64,000 nucleotides of DNA from Cetorhinus maximus (lineage: Eukaryota), in NCBI RefSeq assembly GCF_964194155.1, contig NC_135902.1:47678001-47742000 (forward strand). Direction: 5' to 3'. The position numbers and the translations under genes were made by a program. The notes beneath the pieces were generated by a model. The model was given only the letters and a program-made list of their open reading frames with translations, was not told the DNA's origin and ran no database searches. Positions 40,625 to 53,655 of this stretch are shown here, one piece after another. Positions within the stretch are counted from its first letter, which is position 1; every line of letters starts with the position of its first letter.

Positions 40625-40937
40625 GATGGTGTCGCTGGACCTCTGAGTAATACCCTGGGGACCTGGGTTTGAATCCAGCCACAGCAGATGGTGGAATCTG
40701 AATTCAGTAAAAATCTGGAATTAAAACTATTGCCGATTGTTGTAAAAACCCATCTGGTTCACTAATGTCCTTCAGGGAAGGAAATCTGCCGTCCTTACCT
40801 GGTCTGGCCTACATGTGACTCCAGACCCACCGCAATGTGGCTGACTCTCAAATGCCCTCTGAACAAGGGCAATTAGAGGATGGGCAATAAATGCTGGCCT
40901 AACCAGTGACACCCACGTCCCATGAATTAAAAAAAAG
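40625..40937 (+). mobile_element. Second-family tRNA-derived SINE
   Basis: gggtttgaatcc B box; tail gatgggcaataaatgctggcc...catgaattaaaaaaa. Confidence 0.8.
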
Positions 40938-41799
40938 ACACTGGCTTAAAGAGTGGCTTGTCTTTTACTGTCGAGAGACTTGAGCACAAAATCCAGGCTG
41001 ACACTCCCTGCGCCCGTGCCCAGAGAGCGCTGCACTGTCGGAGGTGCCACCTTTCTGATGAGACAGCCTAATCAAAGCCCTGAATGCTCTCCACGGTGGA
41101 CGCAAACTATCTCAGTGGTCAGACTTATCAATAATCTTCAAAATCAAAAGATTTGTTATAAAAATCATGAGTTGTTATTATGTTAAGCCTTGCCAACATA
41201 GATTGATAGTTGTTTTATAAATTTCCATTGTGGTTTATTTAATCCCTAACAGGTCCAGGTCCTTTACAAAAGCTATATTACTGCATTTGAAAATGCTTTA
41301 CGAAGGACACTTTAAAAATCCTACCAGCTATCACCGCGTTGTGATGCATCTCAGTATAAGGTTCCTGTGAGAATGACTGGGATGACAGCTGGACAAAAGT
41401 GATCATATTTCATTTTATAAAGTTTCCTTTTCTTTTATAGTTCAGTTCTTTATTGGGTGAGCCCTTCTAGAGAAAGAGGGAACTTTGAGAGGAATGCCTC
41501 TTTGTTTTTTTTTTGCAAAAGGAAAGCAACAAAAAAGGGTCTTGCACCACACAGTATTTGCCCTTTATGAATTGTAAAGTAGGAGGGGGTAGTGCATTGA
41601 GACAAAACCGAGCAGAGTTGTTTCCCCCCTCTATTGAGTAGCTATTGCTGATTGGTCAGTTCAGATGTAAGCCGAGGCATTATGATGCCAGGATATTAGC
41701 ATCCCAATATTTATAAAAATATCAGGAGATCTTGGGTGAAGCTTATCTTAGATGTCACCGTGAGAGTTGGCATGTTTGCTTTGCACTATTTTGCAGAAC

Positions 41800-42390
41800 A
41801 GGGGAAGGGTTAGCTGTCATATGCTGGTCAACATTAATCCTTCAATCAACATCATAAGATTATCTGATCATTAGCACGTTGCTGCTTTTAGAACATAGGA
41901 ACAAGAGTAGGTCAATTAAGCCCTCAAACCTGTTTCAGCATTCAATGAGGTCATGACTGATCTATAATCAAAATTCATGTCATCCCATATCCCTTAATGA
42001 ATTAGGTTAGCAAAAGTCTATTATTCTAATATTTAAAATTAGCAGTTGATGTAACATCAATTGTTATTTGTGGAAGAGTTCCAAACTTTTCCTTCCCTTT
42101 GTGTGTAGAAGTATTTCCTAATTTCACTCCTGAAAAGGTCTAACTCTAATTTTTCGACTATACCCCTGAGTCCTGTACTCCCCACCTAATGGAAACACTT
42201 TCTATCTGCCCTATTTGTTCCCCTTAATATGTTGAACACCCAACTCAAATCACCCATTATGGGATTTTCTTGTGAGCAAACTGGCTGCTGCATTTTCTAC
42301 AGTACAACTACACTTCGAAAGTGCTTAATGGGCTGAGATGCACTTTGGAAGATCCTGAAATTGTGAAAGGGTGCTAGATAAATGCAGGTC
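41800..42390. mobile_element. Deu-domain SINE (+) interrupted by a CR1 3' fragment (-, ~41890-42260)
   Basis: SINE ...ttgctgctt resumes as tgggattttcttgtgagcaaactggctgc. Confidence 0.7.
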
Positions 42391-42499
42391 TTCATTCCCT
42401 TGATTGATATGTTGCGTACAATCCTGTAGCATTTTTTTCTATAAAAGGTAAGGTCGTTTGCCCTGTAACTCACTGTACGTGTATACTAAACTTATACAG

Positions 42500-42830
42500 T
42501 TAAGTTACAGGATGTAACGGCTGCAACAAGCCAACATGCCCAGCACCGAGGCACTAATCGCTCAAAACCAGTTCCGCTGGACAGGACCTGCCGATCAAAT
42601 GCCTGACACCAGACTCTCGAACCAACTGCGCTACTCAGAACTTGGTCACAGCACGAGACTCCCAGGAGGACAGCTTTAGGGATGTCCTCAAAGCATCACT
42701 GAAGAGGTCAAACATCCCCGATGACTCATTGGAGTCCCTGTCCTGTGACTGACCTAAATGGAGAAGGCTCATTTGGGAACACATTAAGGGACTTTGTTGG
42801 GAATACGCAGAGGTGAAGTTGAGTAAAAAT
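42500..42830 (+). mobile_element. RTE-clade LINE 3' fragment
   Basis: MPDTRLSNQLRYSELGH...PGGQ...FRDVLKASLKRSNI...D*PKWR resembles the RTE/BovB C-terminus. Confidence 0.75.
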
Positions 42831-43417
42831 TATTATGACCATTTTGTTGCATAAAGCATTAAAGGAGTTCTGCCTTTTCTGAGGTAACCTTAAAAGTATA
42901 ACATATATAGACAGATATATAGGAGATAGACAGATTTTTAATTAGTAACGGGTTGAAAGGTTATGGGGAGAGGGCAGGAAATTGGAGTTGAGGCTGAAAT
43001 GAGATCAGCCATGATTGTATTGAATGGCGGGGCAGGCTCGAGGGGCTGGATTGCCTACTCCTGCTCCTAGTTCTTATGTTCTTATATGTACATACACTAA
43101 TAGACCTCTCACACAGATAGTCAATGGCGCAGTTAGAGAGCTAAACACGGGTATTGCTGAGAAGAAAACCAGTATGGGGTGACTAACTCAACAGGAGTAT
43201 CTTAAAATATGTCTTTACATTTTATAATTCATCCTAAGCAGTTGCAGTAACTACATTTATTTTATTAATGTTTATGCTTATGATTCAAAAATAAGCATTG
43301 CTCATATAACCAAATCCTGGAAGGTTTGTATTATTGTTCAGGTTCGGAGGGACGTCCTGAATAAAAAAAACCCAAGTTAAGCTTGTATATTTAATTAAGA
43401 GACGAGAGAAACTGGGA

Positions 43418-43529
43418 CAAAAACAAAAATACCTGGAAAAACTCAGCAGGTCTGGCAGCATCTGCGGAGAGGAACACAGTTAACGTTTTGAGTCCGTATG
43501 ACTCTTCAACAGAACAGGACTCTTCAACT
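43418..43529 (-). mobile_element. Penelope pLTR-derived insertion (core CTGTTGA...AAAAC)
   Basis: Perfect 13-bp TSD AGAGAAACTGGGA at 43405-43417 and 43530-43542, inserted into a CR1. Confidence 0.85.
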
Positions 43530-43950
43530 AGAGAAACTGGGATTGTTCTCCTTAGAGCAGAGAAGATTAAGGGGAGATTTGACAGAGAGGTTCAAATCAT
43601 GAATTGCTTTCATAAGAGTAAATAAGGAGAAACTGCTTCCAGTGGCAAAGGGTGAGTAACCAGAGGACACAGATTTAAGATAATTGGCAAAAAAAATCCA
43701 GGGGGAATTGATGAGAATTTTTTTATGCAATGAGTTATCTGGGCTGCATTGCCTGAAACAATGGCAGAGGCAGATTCAGTAATCAAAAGGGATTTGGATA
43801 TACATATGTACTTGAAAAGGAGATATTTTCAGGGCTGTGTGGAAAGAATAGAGGAAAAGAACTAATTGGATAACTGTTCAAAGAACTGGTACAAACATGA
43901 TGGGCTGAATGGTCTCCTTCTGTCCTGCATGATGCTATTCTATGATTCAA
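43530..43950 (+). mobile_element. CR1 3' fragment
   Basis: LEKLGLFSLEQRRLRGDL and 3' UTR with ttctatgatt tail. Confidence 0.85.
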
Positions 43951-43956
43951 TGACCT

Positions 43957-44030
43957 ATACATATATACAAATATATTTATGTATATCTAATATATACATA
44001 TATTGTATGCATATATATATATATATAAAT
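43957..44030. repeat. Imperfect (TA)n
   Basis: atatatatatatatataaat and flanking TA-rich sequence. Confidence 0.85.
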
Positions 44031-44563
44031 GTTTTGCAATGAGTGTGAATTCATTATGATGCACAAACATCAAACTCTGTTACAGAGTCAAAACAATTAC
44101 TTAAAAACCAATTCAAGCAGCCAGGCCATGGTAGAAGCTAAAATAATTGTATTAATGTAACAGTTGAGTGTTGGGAAATCATCTGCAGCAGTTCTGCTGA
44201 ATGATTTTGTGGGCAAAGCAAATACTTTAATCTGCATGTTTCTTAGTTCACAGAATGTTCTGTAGCAAAGATAACAATGCATTTTTCAAAGTTTCGGTAA
44301 AAAAAGAGGTCATGTTGGAGACAGGCTGACTGGACATTAGCATCTCAGAAGCTTTTCTTTAATCTCTCCAGGCTGAAAGGATGTATACCATCACTGCATT
44401 GCTTCAAAACCTAGACTTCACCAGATAACCAAATATAGCTAAGTTAAAATGTGCAGGATATATTTATACATTATGTATAATAGTGAAATAGAATTCGTGT
44501 TTTAAATATAAATGTTGTTGACAAACAGGCAATTGAAGGGTCCTAGTTCTCATTCAAGCCCAT

Positions 44564-45199
44564 GGCCTGAATTTTTAGATCGACGGGCAGACATGATCAG
44601 CGGGCGTGGGATTGGCCGGGAATAGGGACCGCTGACTGTGATTGGCCCCCGATTACAATTTCACGCTGGCTGACCAATTAGAGGCCAGCCAGCGTGAAGC
44701 ATGCGCTGAAAAGCTCAGCGCTGCCAGAGTGGGGGCAGGAGGAGGGTGGGCGATGACATCAACACAGGTGTGGGCGAACGCTGAGAGAAAGCTCCCTCAA
44801 CGCAGAGAGCTGCCTCAGGGAGCTGCAGACCCGAAAATGTTCCAATAAAGTTTTAAAAAGCAAGAAAAAAATGATCGAGCATCACAATCAGGCACCTGAA
44901 AATATAGATGATAAAAACGCCCACAGATTTCTATTCTTATTTTATTTCATCGCGGAAACCTCATCCCGCCCTTGGATGAGGTTTGATGGAAAATGTAAAG
45001 GCCGCCTGGCCGATTCGCCCGTCCACCAACCGTAAGGTTGGACGGGCAATGGAAAACAGCAGACAATTGCACCGTTGTTGGGCTTAATTGTCAGCGGGCG
45101 CACTTCTGACTTTTGCACGTGCCTGCCAAGTGAAGTCAGGACACTCGCCAGACACCATCGCGCGCCATTTCACGCCCGATCAACATAAAAATCCAGCCC
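44564..45199. mobile_element. PIF/Harbinger-like MITE (~640 bp), inverted relative to the 17.1 kb copy
   Basis: TIRs GGCCTGAATTTTTA / TAAAAATCCAGCCC; 3-bp TSD CAT. Confidence 0.85.
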
Positions 45200-45999
45200 C
45201 ATGTCTTTGACCAAGCTTTTGGTCACCTTTTGGTCCTGATATCTCTTTATATGGCTAGGCGTTACACTTGAGTTGAAAACTCACCTAACACCTTAGATAC
45301 TTACAGTATTAAAGGTGCTATATAAGCACAGGTTGTTAATGTTACTGTGTCTTCTGATTGCACACTGTTCTAATCCAATCTAACATACCAAAATCCATTG
45401 ACCAATTTGTATATGCATGTCTATGAGTAGGACATTGTAAATGCTGTGTGTAAAACAGTGCATCTCCGGAATTAGCGATGTTTGCCTTGGCTCATTCCCA
45501 TTAAGACGTAATTAGAGGCAGGTTCTGGAACATCAACATGAAAGGTTTGCTGCTGATGCTGAAAATATGCAGCAGGACAATCAGTGTCTGAAAAGGGGAA
45601 ATGCACGTTTGGGAGGAACTGAACCAAAAATAAAAAGGACACCCCAGACCCCTTACAGCATTGACGAAAAGAAGGAGCAGAGAAAAACTAGTCGCTGAGA
45701 AAACCGACTCCAGCAAATACACAGCCACAAACAAGGTTAGAAAAGGGGAAGAACACACAGTGGAATGGACGAAAGACAAAAATCCAGACAAAAAGAGAGA
45801 AACACTGATATATCTGGATGGATGGAAGAGCAATAAAATCAAATCAAATAGGAAATAAGAAGAAAGAAATAAAACTGCAAAGGATGAAAACCTGATGTAG
45901 AAACAGAAAATTGCATTGAATTATATTGAACATACCGCACATAAATAAACCACTCAGCCCAATTGGCCTAGTGAAATTTATGTTTCATGTGAGCCTCCT

Positions 46000-46205
46000 T
46001 GACCCCTCTTCATTTGAAACTATCAACGTAACCTTCTATTTCTTTCTCCCTCCCTCATTTTTCTTTCTAACTTCCCCTGAATGCATGGGAAAGAGAAAAG
46101 AGAGTTCTGATGCAATGTCTTCAACCTGAAACGTTAACTTCATTTCTTCCTCTACAGGTGCTGTCTGACCTGCCGAGTATTTTCAGTCTCTTCTGTTTTT
46201 ATTCA
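46000..46205 (+). mobile_element. Older Penelope pLTR fragment with degenerate hammerhead
   Basis: AGTT-CTGATGC...GAAAC-GTT-AACT at 46103-46139, followed by pLTR tail. Confidence 0.7.
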
Positions 46206-46574
46206 AAACATCCTACTAATGCAGATGGTGGCCCTTTGTCGGCGCTGGAAAAGAGAAGGCTTAAATGAAACAAAGAGGCAAAAGAAGAATGACATGTGCC
46301 GTCAGAGCAAGTTTTGGCGAAACCAAACCCTAGTGTATGCAGCCATTTAAAGACGTCAAGCTTTGCCTATTCTGGATTTGCCTAACATGGGTACGGGTGG
46401 GATGTAGACTGGCTGTGCATTGTGTTATAGAGCAGCAAGTTCAGTTCACCATTACAGTGTCGAATATCCCACGTTGATAAGCCCTCCCAAATCCAAAACC
46501 ATTGCATTCCTGTCTTCTTCAGGTGGAAAGCCCAATCTGAAACCGGCTACACAATTTGTTAAGCAATAAATCTA

Positions 46575-46880
46575 GACCCATCTTTTTGTTTACTTGTCCC
46601 GTAATCACTCCATTTTGCCTTGCACCATCACCCCCTTCGTCATCTAATTTCTCCTGCCTTCTATCCCGTAACAGACCTTTGCCTTTTGTTCTTCCGCCCT
46701 CCCCTCTTTCCCCGCCTCTGAACTTGCTCAAAAGCAGTCATGTCTCTTAACTCTTACCGGCTCCAATGAAAGGCTATTGACCTGAAATATTAACTGTTTC
46801 CCTCGCCACAGATAATGCCTGACCTGCTGCGTCTTTCCAGCCTCTGTGTTTTTATTTAAGGTATCTCCAATATCCAGCGG
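46575..46880 (+). mobile_element. Penelope pLTR fragment (older subfamily)
   Basis: Pyrimidine-rich pLTR body, ...attgacctgaaatattaactgtttc...gacctgctg tail. Confidence 0.7.
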
Positions 46881-47419
46881 CTACAAGGCTTCTCTGTAAA
46901 ATTACTCTTGATGCATCGATAGGAAAAAGCTGCCCTAACTGACTACCCTGTTCAAGGCAGTTAATAGATGAGTGGGAATGGAAAATATTGTTCAAATGGA
47001 GTGGCTGGTGTTTAGTTGGGGGTTTGCACTCAGACATATTTTTCCAGTAGAGCAGAGAGTGCTTTAGTCTGCATCTAATCATGCTATACTTGACCAGCAT
47101 TATTAACCTTAATGTAAATGCTTGAATCAGATATAGGTCACCTGAAACGCTGTGGTCCATTCTCTAGCATTAAAATACATTCACAAAAAAAAAACTTCAT
47201 GAAATAGACTATTGCCTGAGTGAAACTGAATGCTTTTAAAAATTCACAATCAAGGGATAAATTAGTACAGAAACGTAAATTACAAACTTTGCCACAAGGA
47301 GTGCTGGCTTCCTCTGATGAATGCTGAACTTCTTAATGCTGCTTAGACTGTTTTTGCAATGAAAGACAAGCACTCAAGTTTACCATAAGGTGGAAGAAAT
47401 TCACCATAACAATTCCAGT

Positions 47420-48310
47420 GTCAGCTTAATGCAAAGGTCGTTATTTTGGCATTGAATCACAAAGTTGTGGATTTAAACTCTATCCCAAGACTTGGGCACA
47501 TAAATCTAGACTTACATTTCAGTGCAATACTGACAGAGTTGCACTATCAGAGTGGGTGCAGTCTTATACATAACACAGCCAAGCAAATGTACATCTACCT
47601 GTTCCAGTGGGGTTTTTTTTATTCATCGCTGGCTAGGCCAATATTTATTGCCCATCCTTAATTGCCCTTGAGCAGCTGGTGTCAAGCCACCTTCTTGAAC
47701 CGCTGCAGTGCATGTGGAGTTGGTACACCCACAGTGTTTTTAGGAAGGGAGTTCATTCCTTTTTAGACTTTCTAGCAGTTTGATACAACTTAGTGGCTTG
47801 CTAGGCCATTTCAGAGAGTGATTAAGAGTCAACCACATTGCTGTGGGTCTGGAGTCAAATGTAGGCCAGACCAGGTAGATTTCCTTCGTAAGTGAACCAG
47901 ATGGTTTTTTACAACAATGGTTTCATGGTCACCATTACTGGTACTAGTTTCTAATTCCAGATTTTTATTAATTGAATTTAAGTTCCACCAGCTGCTGTGG
48001 TGGGGTTTAAATTCATGTCCCCAGAGCATTGGGCTGGGCCCCTGGATTACTAGTCCAGTGACATGACCACTACCTCCCCCTTAAAAGACCTCAAAGTAGT
48101 AGCAGAGGAGCTCCCATGGTGTCCTAGCCAACATTTAACTGCCAAAATACTATAGGCAGCCTAATCATTCATCTGAATTCTATGGGGCCTTACTGTGTGC
48201 AAGTTGGCTGTGGTATTTGCATACATCGCAAAAGCGATGGCACTGCAGAGTCATTGATTGGTTGTGATATACTTTGGGACATCCTGAAAACGTGATAAGG
48301 GACATTATTT
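47420..48310. mobile_element. Deu-domain SINE (+) interrupted by second-family SINE and LINE tail (-, ~47625-48082)
   Basis: ...ctgttccagtgg resumes at aaaagacctc...gaggagctccc. Confidence 0.65.
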
Positions 48311-49569
48311 AAATACTTTCTTTCTTAGGCAACCAGCATTTTCACACAAGCAGAGTTTCACAGTAATGGGAAGAAAAGGCAACAAAAAAGGGACCTCGCA
48401 TTTCAGTGTTTCAAGTGTTTTCTGTTTTTGTTTCAGCCTCTCCAGCATTCGTTGTACTTGTTTCGAATGAACTTTCTGTTCTTCCCAGTTCTGACAAAAC
48501 ACCCAAAATGACAACTCTCTCCAAAGTTGCTGTCTCCTTTGCCCTGCTTACAGCACTTTCAATTTTACTTTCATTACAACAGGATAACCAGTTTTTCCTG
48601 CATCTGATAATAATTGGATGCATCGCAAAGTGTAAGATAGAAACATGAGGCAATATGCACCTTTTATTTTTGGTACACAGTGTTGACAAATGTTATTGTT
48701 ATTCCAGGATAAATTGACGTTAATTTATAATTACAGGCTTTATGTTTCCCCCCCCCCCAAAATGGCATTAAACAGTTTGTACTCTATTGCTTTTAAATGA
48801 GACTTCATTGCAGTGTTGTCATGCTATACGCTGTGCTACATGTTATTTAATAATGACACTTTGATCTTAGTTCAGGTTTCAAGGCACTAAATCTGAGCAA
48901 ATGTAGATTTAAAATGTACTCATGCATCTACACGCAGAAGCCATATTCTGCCCAGAAAATGAGAGTCAGGGGAGCTTTCCAGCATTTGAAAGTATTCAGT
49001 AGATGCTATTATCAGGCCTAGCTGGATATATATTTCTGCTTCAGTCTCCCTAATGCGTCAGTAAAACTTGCTGATTCCACTGAAATAGTACAAAGAGCGT
49101 CCTTTTATCACTTCCCCTGGCTGAAATTCAAACCTATTAAAAACAACAGCCAAGTGATCCACACGTTCCATCTTTCTCCCAAAGAAAATCTCTACCATTT
49201 AAACATTGGACTTAAATCCTGAGATATACATTCAAAGCAGCCTTGTAAAGCAGAACAGCCCGAGGTTTAATTTCATGAGGTAACTCAAGCTACTTTCGTA
49301 CACAATTAGTTGCTGCTAGTGATTTGGCTTTTTGTTTAAAAATGTAAACTTCTGTTATGTGACAAATAAGCTCCTGCTTGCATCAACCCTATGCCTTGCC
49401 TGGTATCCAGGCACATGCCTATGACGTCACAGTTAGTCCAATATGGACTTAGCAACATCCCAAAAATAAAGATCAAGTCAGACAAAGATAAGGTCAATCA
49501 CATTTCATAATTGAGAACATTTTGCTGCTTCACTTTAAAGGTGAACTGCATTTTGTTGCAGAGGAGGTA

Positions 49570-50350
49570 TGTGAATGAGATGAAGAGGGCACTTTCAAAG
49601 GGGCAGCAGAAGCATGATAGGCCAAATGGCCTCCCTCTGCACTACAAAATATTACAACATTACTTCATAATAATGCTGTTATTTTAGATTCAACTGTTAA
49701 GGTGTTACCGCAATTAAAAGTAACAACGCAGGTTAATAAGGCCACAAAAAGTAAACAAAGCACTGGGTTCATTTCTAGATGGATAGAATTTAAAAGCAGA
49801 GAAGTTAAGTTAAAATTGCATCGAACCTCGATTAGAGCACACATGCAGTACTGTGAACAATTCTGGTCTCCAAGGTTATAAAAAGTAAATATAGAGGCAT
49901 TGAATAGGTACAAAAAAATTACTAGAATGATAATAGAACTGAGAGGTTATACCTAACAGGAAAGATTGAATAAGGTGGGCTATTTTTTGTAGAAAAGAGA
50001 AGACTGGGGCTGACCTGATAGAGATCTTCAAGATTATGAATGGCTCTGACAGGGTAGAACGTTCGATAAGGCCAGAACCTGGGGGGATTAAAAACAAGAC
50101 AGTTACGAATAAACTGAATAGAGGATTCAGGAGAAACTTCTTTATCCAGAGAATGGTGAGAATGTGGAGTTTGTTACCACTGGATGTGGTTGAGGTGAAC
50201 AAAATAGGTGCATTTAAAGGGAAGCTGGATAAACACACAAGAGAGAAAGAAACAGTTGTGGGTCTATGAAGAGGGATGGGAGGAAGCTCCATATGGAAGA
50301 TAAACACCAGCAAGGACCTGATGGGTCAAATGACCTGTTTCTGTGCTTTA
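49570..50350 (+). mobile_element. CR1 3' fragments
   Basis: QYCEQFWSP, FRRNFFIQRMVRMWSLLP, AFKGKLDK. Confidence 0.85.
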
Positions 50351-51019
50351 ATTACCTGGCAATGCCATACACAAAGATCACAGCAACTAAAACTTAAACC
50401 ACTTTAAGGCAAGTATGTTAACCTCCAAAATGGTGAGCTGTAATGTTCACGCAAACAGAGCACCAGGGTTTAAATTTCTGTGCTAATATTTCTAGGCCAT
50501 TTTTGCACTACGGACAAAGATATGACAAATCTTTGAATTTTAAATTAGCTGGGGCCACTGTACAGTAGGTAGAACATACCCTCTCCTTTCCCTTTACTTT
50601 GGTACCACCTACCACTCATTTCCCTGTCATCACACATTTGCGTCCAATAGAAAACCTTAGATTAGATTTTGCTTTTCTGCCCTGTCCCTCACAGAAACCA
50701 AAAATAAAAATAATAACGCCCCCCCAATATAATAAATAGTAGTGCCAGGTGCTGTAACAACTATGTCACTTTCTATAATAACATTGAACCCACTGTCCAG
50801 CACACACACACACATATCCCTGATATTCCCTGCGAAGACAGTTTAAGAATGCTTGCAAGTTATCAACTAAAAGGGACCGATTGTATGTGAACTTTAACAA
50901 TGAGCCAACATTCCAGGCGAGATGAGGTGCAGTCTTCCTTCAGGCATTTGTAGGCCATTCTTTTTGCATAGAGACTGTCACAAACCAATAATCGTAATAA
51001 TAATAAAGGTGTTGCTTCT

Positions 51020-51916
51020 TCAAGGCTCTGCAATGTAACGAATCTTCTGTGAGTAGATCAGGTCGACAATGTACAGAATGAGGTTGATGTAGGTGAAGAT
51101 AGCGATGATCAGCTGGCTATCCCAGGGGCAGTCCCCCATTGAGCAACTCGCTGGCCTGTCCATTGAGCCATACTTGTTGTCAAAGCAGAAGATGGGCCAG
51201 ATGACCGCGGCGCTCAGGTACATCAGGGTGGCCAGGAAGGTGTAGAGGACCACCACCCTGTCGAAGGGGCACCTCAGCATGCCAGTTCTCCCGGAGACGT
51301 TGAGGGCAATGACCAGGGCGGTGAGGATGAAGCAGATGGAGTAGACCACCACACACCACTGGGTGGCTGTGTAGCGACTGTACTGGCTGCCATTCAGCAG
51401 GGCTCCGAAGATGATGCAGGCTACATAAGCCTGGACCACCTTGAGGAGCCCCGAGGTGGTGGCCATGTAGGCACCGATGTGGCCCGGTTTGGCCCGGGTC
51501 AGGTGGATCTCCACGGCGTAGGCGATGCAGGCGACAGCCGAGGAGGCGGTGGCCGAAATCCTGAAGTTCCTGGACTGACAGTCCTGGCAGTCCAGCTCCA
51601 CGAAGTAGACGGGGTAGATGACCGTGGCCGTCACGTACATGAGGGTGGCCAGCATGGCGAAGGAGATGGTGAAGTTGTCCCAGGAGATGGTCAGGCAGCT
51701 GTGCAGCCGGGTGAACTCGAAGGAGAGGATCAGGGCGCTGAGGGCCAGGCAGAAGCACCAGGCGAACATGCAGAAGTGGCCGTAAGCGGCGCCGAAACCC
51801 CCGTCGTGAGCGACCAGGCTCAGGGTGACACATCCGAACAGAGTCTGCAGACAGCGGAGGGCACCCAGCGGAGACAGCAGGGCAGAGCTGTTCAGATAGG
51901 GACCCGCCGTCTCCAT
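51020..51916 (-). CDS. MYADML2: Myeloid-associated differentiation marker-like 2 (two MARVEL domains), single coding exon, 298 aa
   Basis: METAGPYL...FEFTRLHSCLTISWDNFT...YMATTSGLLKVVQAYVACIIFGAL...CPWDSQL...YSQKIRYIAEP* closely matches recalled MYADML2; syntenic with PYCR1. Confidence 0.95.
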   Translation of the reverse strand: METAGPYLNSSALLSPLGALRCLQTLFGCVTLSLVAHDGGFGAAYGHFCMFAWCFCLALSALILSFEFTRLHSCLTISWDNFTISFAMLATLMYVTATVIYPVYFVELDCQDCQSRNFRISATASSAVACIAYAVEIHLTRAKPGHIGAYMATTSGLLKVVQAYVACIIFGALLNGSQYSRYTATQWCVVVYSICFILTALVIALNVSGRTGMLRCPFDRVVVLYTFLATLMYLSAAVIWPIFCFDNKYGSMDRPASCSMGDCPWDSQLIIAIFTYINLILYIVDLIYSQKIRYIAEP

Positions 51917-51923
51917 AATCCGC

Positions 51924-52250
51924 NNNNNNNNNNNNNNNNNNNNNNNNNNNNNNNNNNNNNNNNNNNNNNNNNNNNNNNNNNNNNNNNNNNNNNNNNNNNN
52001 NNNNNNNNNNNNNNNNNNNNNNNNNNNNNNNNNNNNNNNNNNNNNNNNNNNNNNNNNNNNNNNNNNNNNNNNNNNNNNNNNNNNNNNNNNNNNNNNNNNN
52101 NNNNNNNNNNNNNNNNNNNNNNNNNNNNNNNNNNNNNNNNNNNNNNNNNNNNNNNNNNNNNNNNNNNNNNNNNNNNNNNNNNNNNNNNNNNNNNNNNNNN
52201 NNNNNNNNNNNNNNNNNNNNNNNNNNNNNNNNNNNNNNNNNNNNNNNNNN
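51924..52250. other. Assembly gap (N run)
   Basis: Ns. Confidence 1.
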
Positions 52251-53072
52251 CCCCCCCCACACACATCCCCCCCCGCACTCACACCCCCCCCCACACCCCC
52301 CCACACACACCACCCCCCACACACACCCCCCACACACACCCCCCCCCCCCCCACACACACACCCCCACGCATATCCCCCCCCACTCACACCCCCCCCACA
52401 CCCCCCCACACATACCCCCCCCCCACACACATACCTCCCCCACACACATCCCCCCCCCACTCACACCCCCCCCACACCCCCCCACNNNNNNNNNNNNNNN
52501 NNNNNNNNNNNNNNNNNNNNNNNNNNNNNNNNNNNNNNNNNNNNNNNNNNNNNNNNNNNNNNNNNNNNNNNNNNNNNNNNNNNNNNNNNNNNNNNNNNNN
52601 NNNNNNNNNNNNNNNNNNNNNNNNNNNNNNNNNNNNNNNNNNNNNNNNNNNNNNNNNNNNNNNNNNNNNNNNNNNNNNNNNNNNNNNNNNNNNNNNNNNN
52701 NNNNNNNNNNNNNNNNNNNNNNNNNNNNNNNNNNNNNNNNNNNNNNNNNNNNNNNNNNNNNNNNNNNNNNNNNNNNNNNNNNACACCCCCCCATACCCCC
52801 CCACGCACCTCCCCACACACACACCCACCCCCAAACACCCCCCCACACACACCCACACACCCCCCCACACACACCCACCCACACACACACCCACACCCCC
52901 CAAACACACCCCTCCCACACACCCACACCCCCCCCCACACATACACCCCCCCCACACACACACCCCCCACACACACCCCCCACACACACACCACCCACAC
53001 CCCCCCCCACACACAACCCCCCACTCCCCCACACACACCCTCCCCCGCCCCACACACACACACACACCCCCC
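52251..53072. repeat. C/A-rich low-complexity tract containing a second gap (52486-52782)
   Basis: Mixed C-runs and (CA)n. Confidence 0.95.
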
Positions 53073-53225
53073 TTGATTTCACACTCCCCAATTTCAAACC
53101 CACCCCATTTTCACAGAATTTCAGACACACCCCCGACCTCAGGCACACCCACCCCAATTTCAGATTACCCCTGATTTCAGCCTCCCTGATTCCAAGCCAC
53201 CCAATTTCAGATCCCCTGACCAGAT

Positions 53226-53655
53226 CCCCCTGATTTCAGAGCTCACCCCCCCATGATTTCAGACCCCCCTGATTTCAGAGCTTACCCCTCATGATTTCAG
53301 AACCCCCTGATTTCAGAGCTCACCCCCCCCCATAATTTCAGATCCCCCTGATTTCAGAGCTCACCCCCCATGATTTTAGATCCCCCTGATTTCAGAGCTT
53401 CCCCAACCCATGATTTCAGATCCCCCTGATTTCAGAGCTCACCCCCCCATGATTTTAGATCCCCTGATTTCAGAGCTTCCCCAACCCATGATTTCAGATC
53501 CCCCTGATTTCAGAGCTTCTCCAACCCATGATTTCAGATCCCCCTGATTTCAGAGCTCACCCCCCCATGATTTTAGATCCCTGATTTCAGAGCTTCCCCA
53601 ACCCATGATTTCAGATCCCCCTGATTTCAGAGCTCACCACCCCCCCATGATTTTG
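53226..53655. repeat. Minisatellite, 11 units of ~38-40 bp
   Basis: Unit CCCCCTGATTTCAGAGCT(CACCCCCC/TCCCCAACCC)ATGATTT(C/T)AGAT. Confidence 0.95.

Noticed and set aside
51180-53233. Long ORFs (426-584 aa) rich in G/V/C or P/H/T
   Set aside because: Artefacts of N gaps, the low-complexity tract and alternative frames of GC-rich MYADML2.
53226-53655. Regularly spaced repeats resembling a CRISPR array
   Set aside because: No unique spacers, no cas genes, eukaryotic context; it is a minisatellite.
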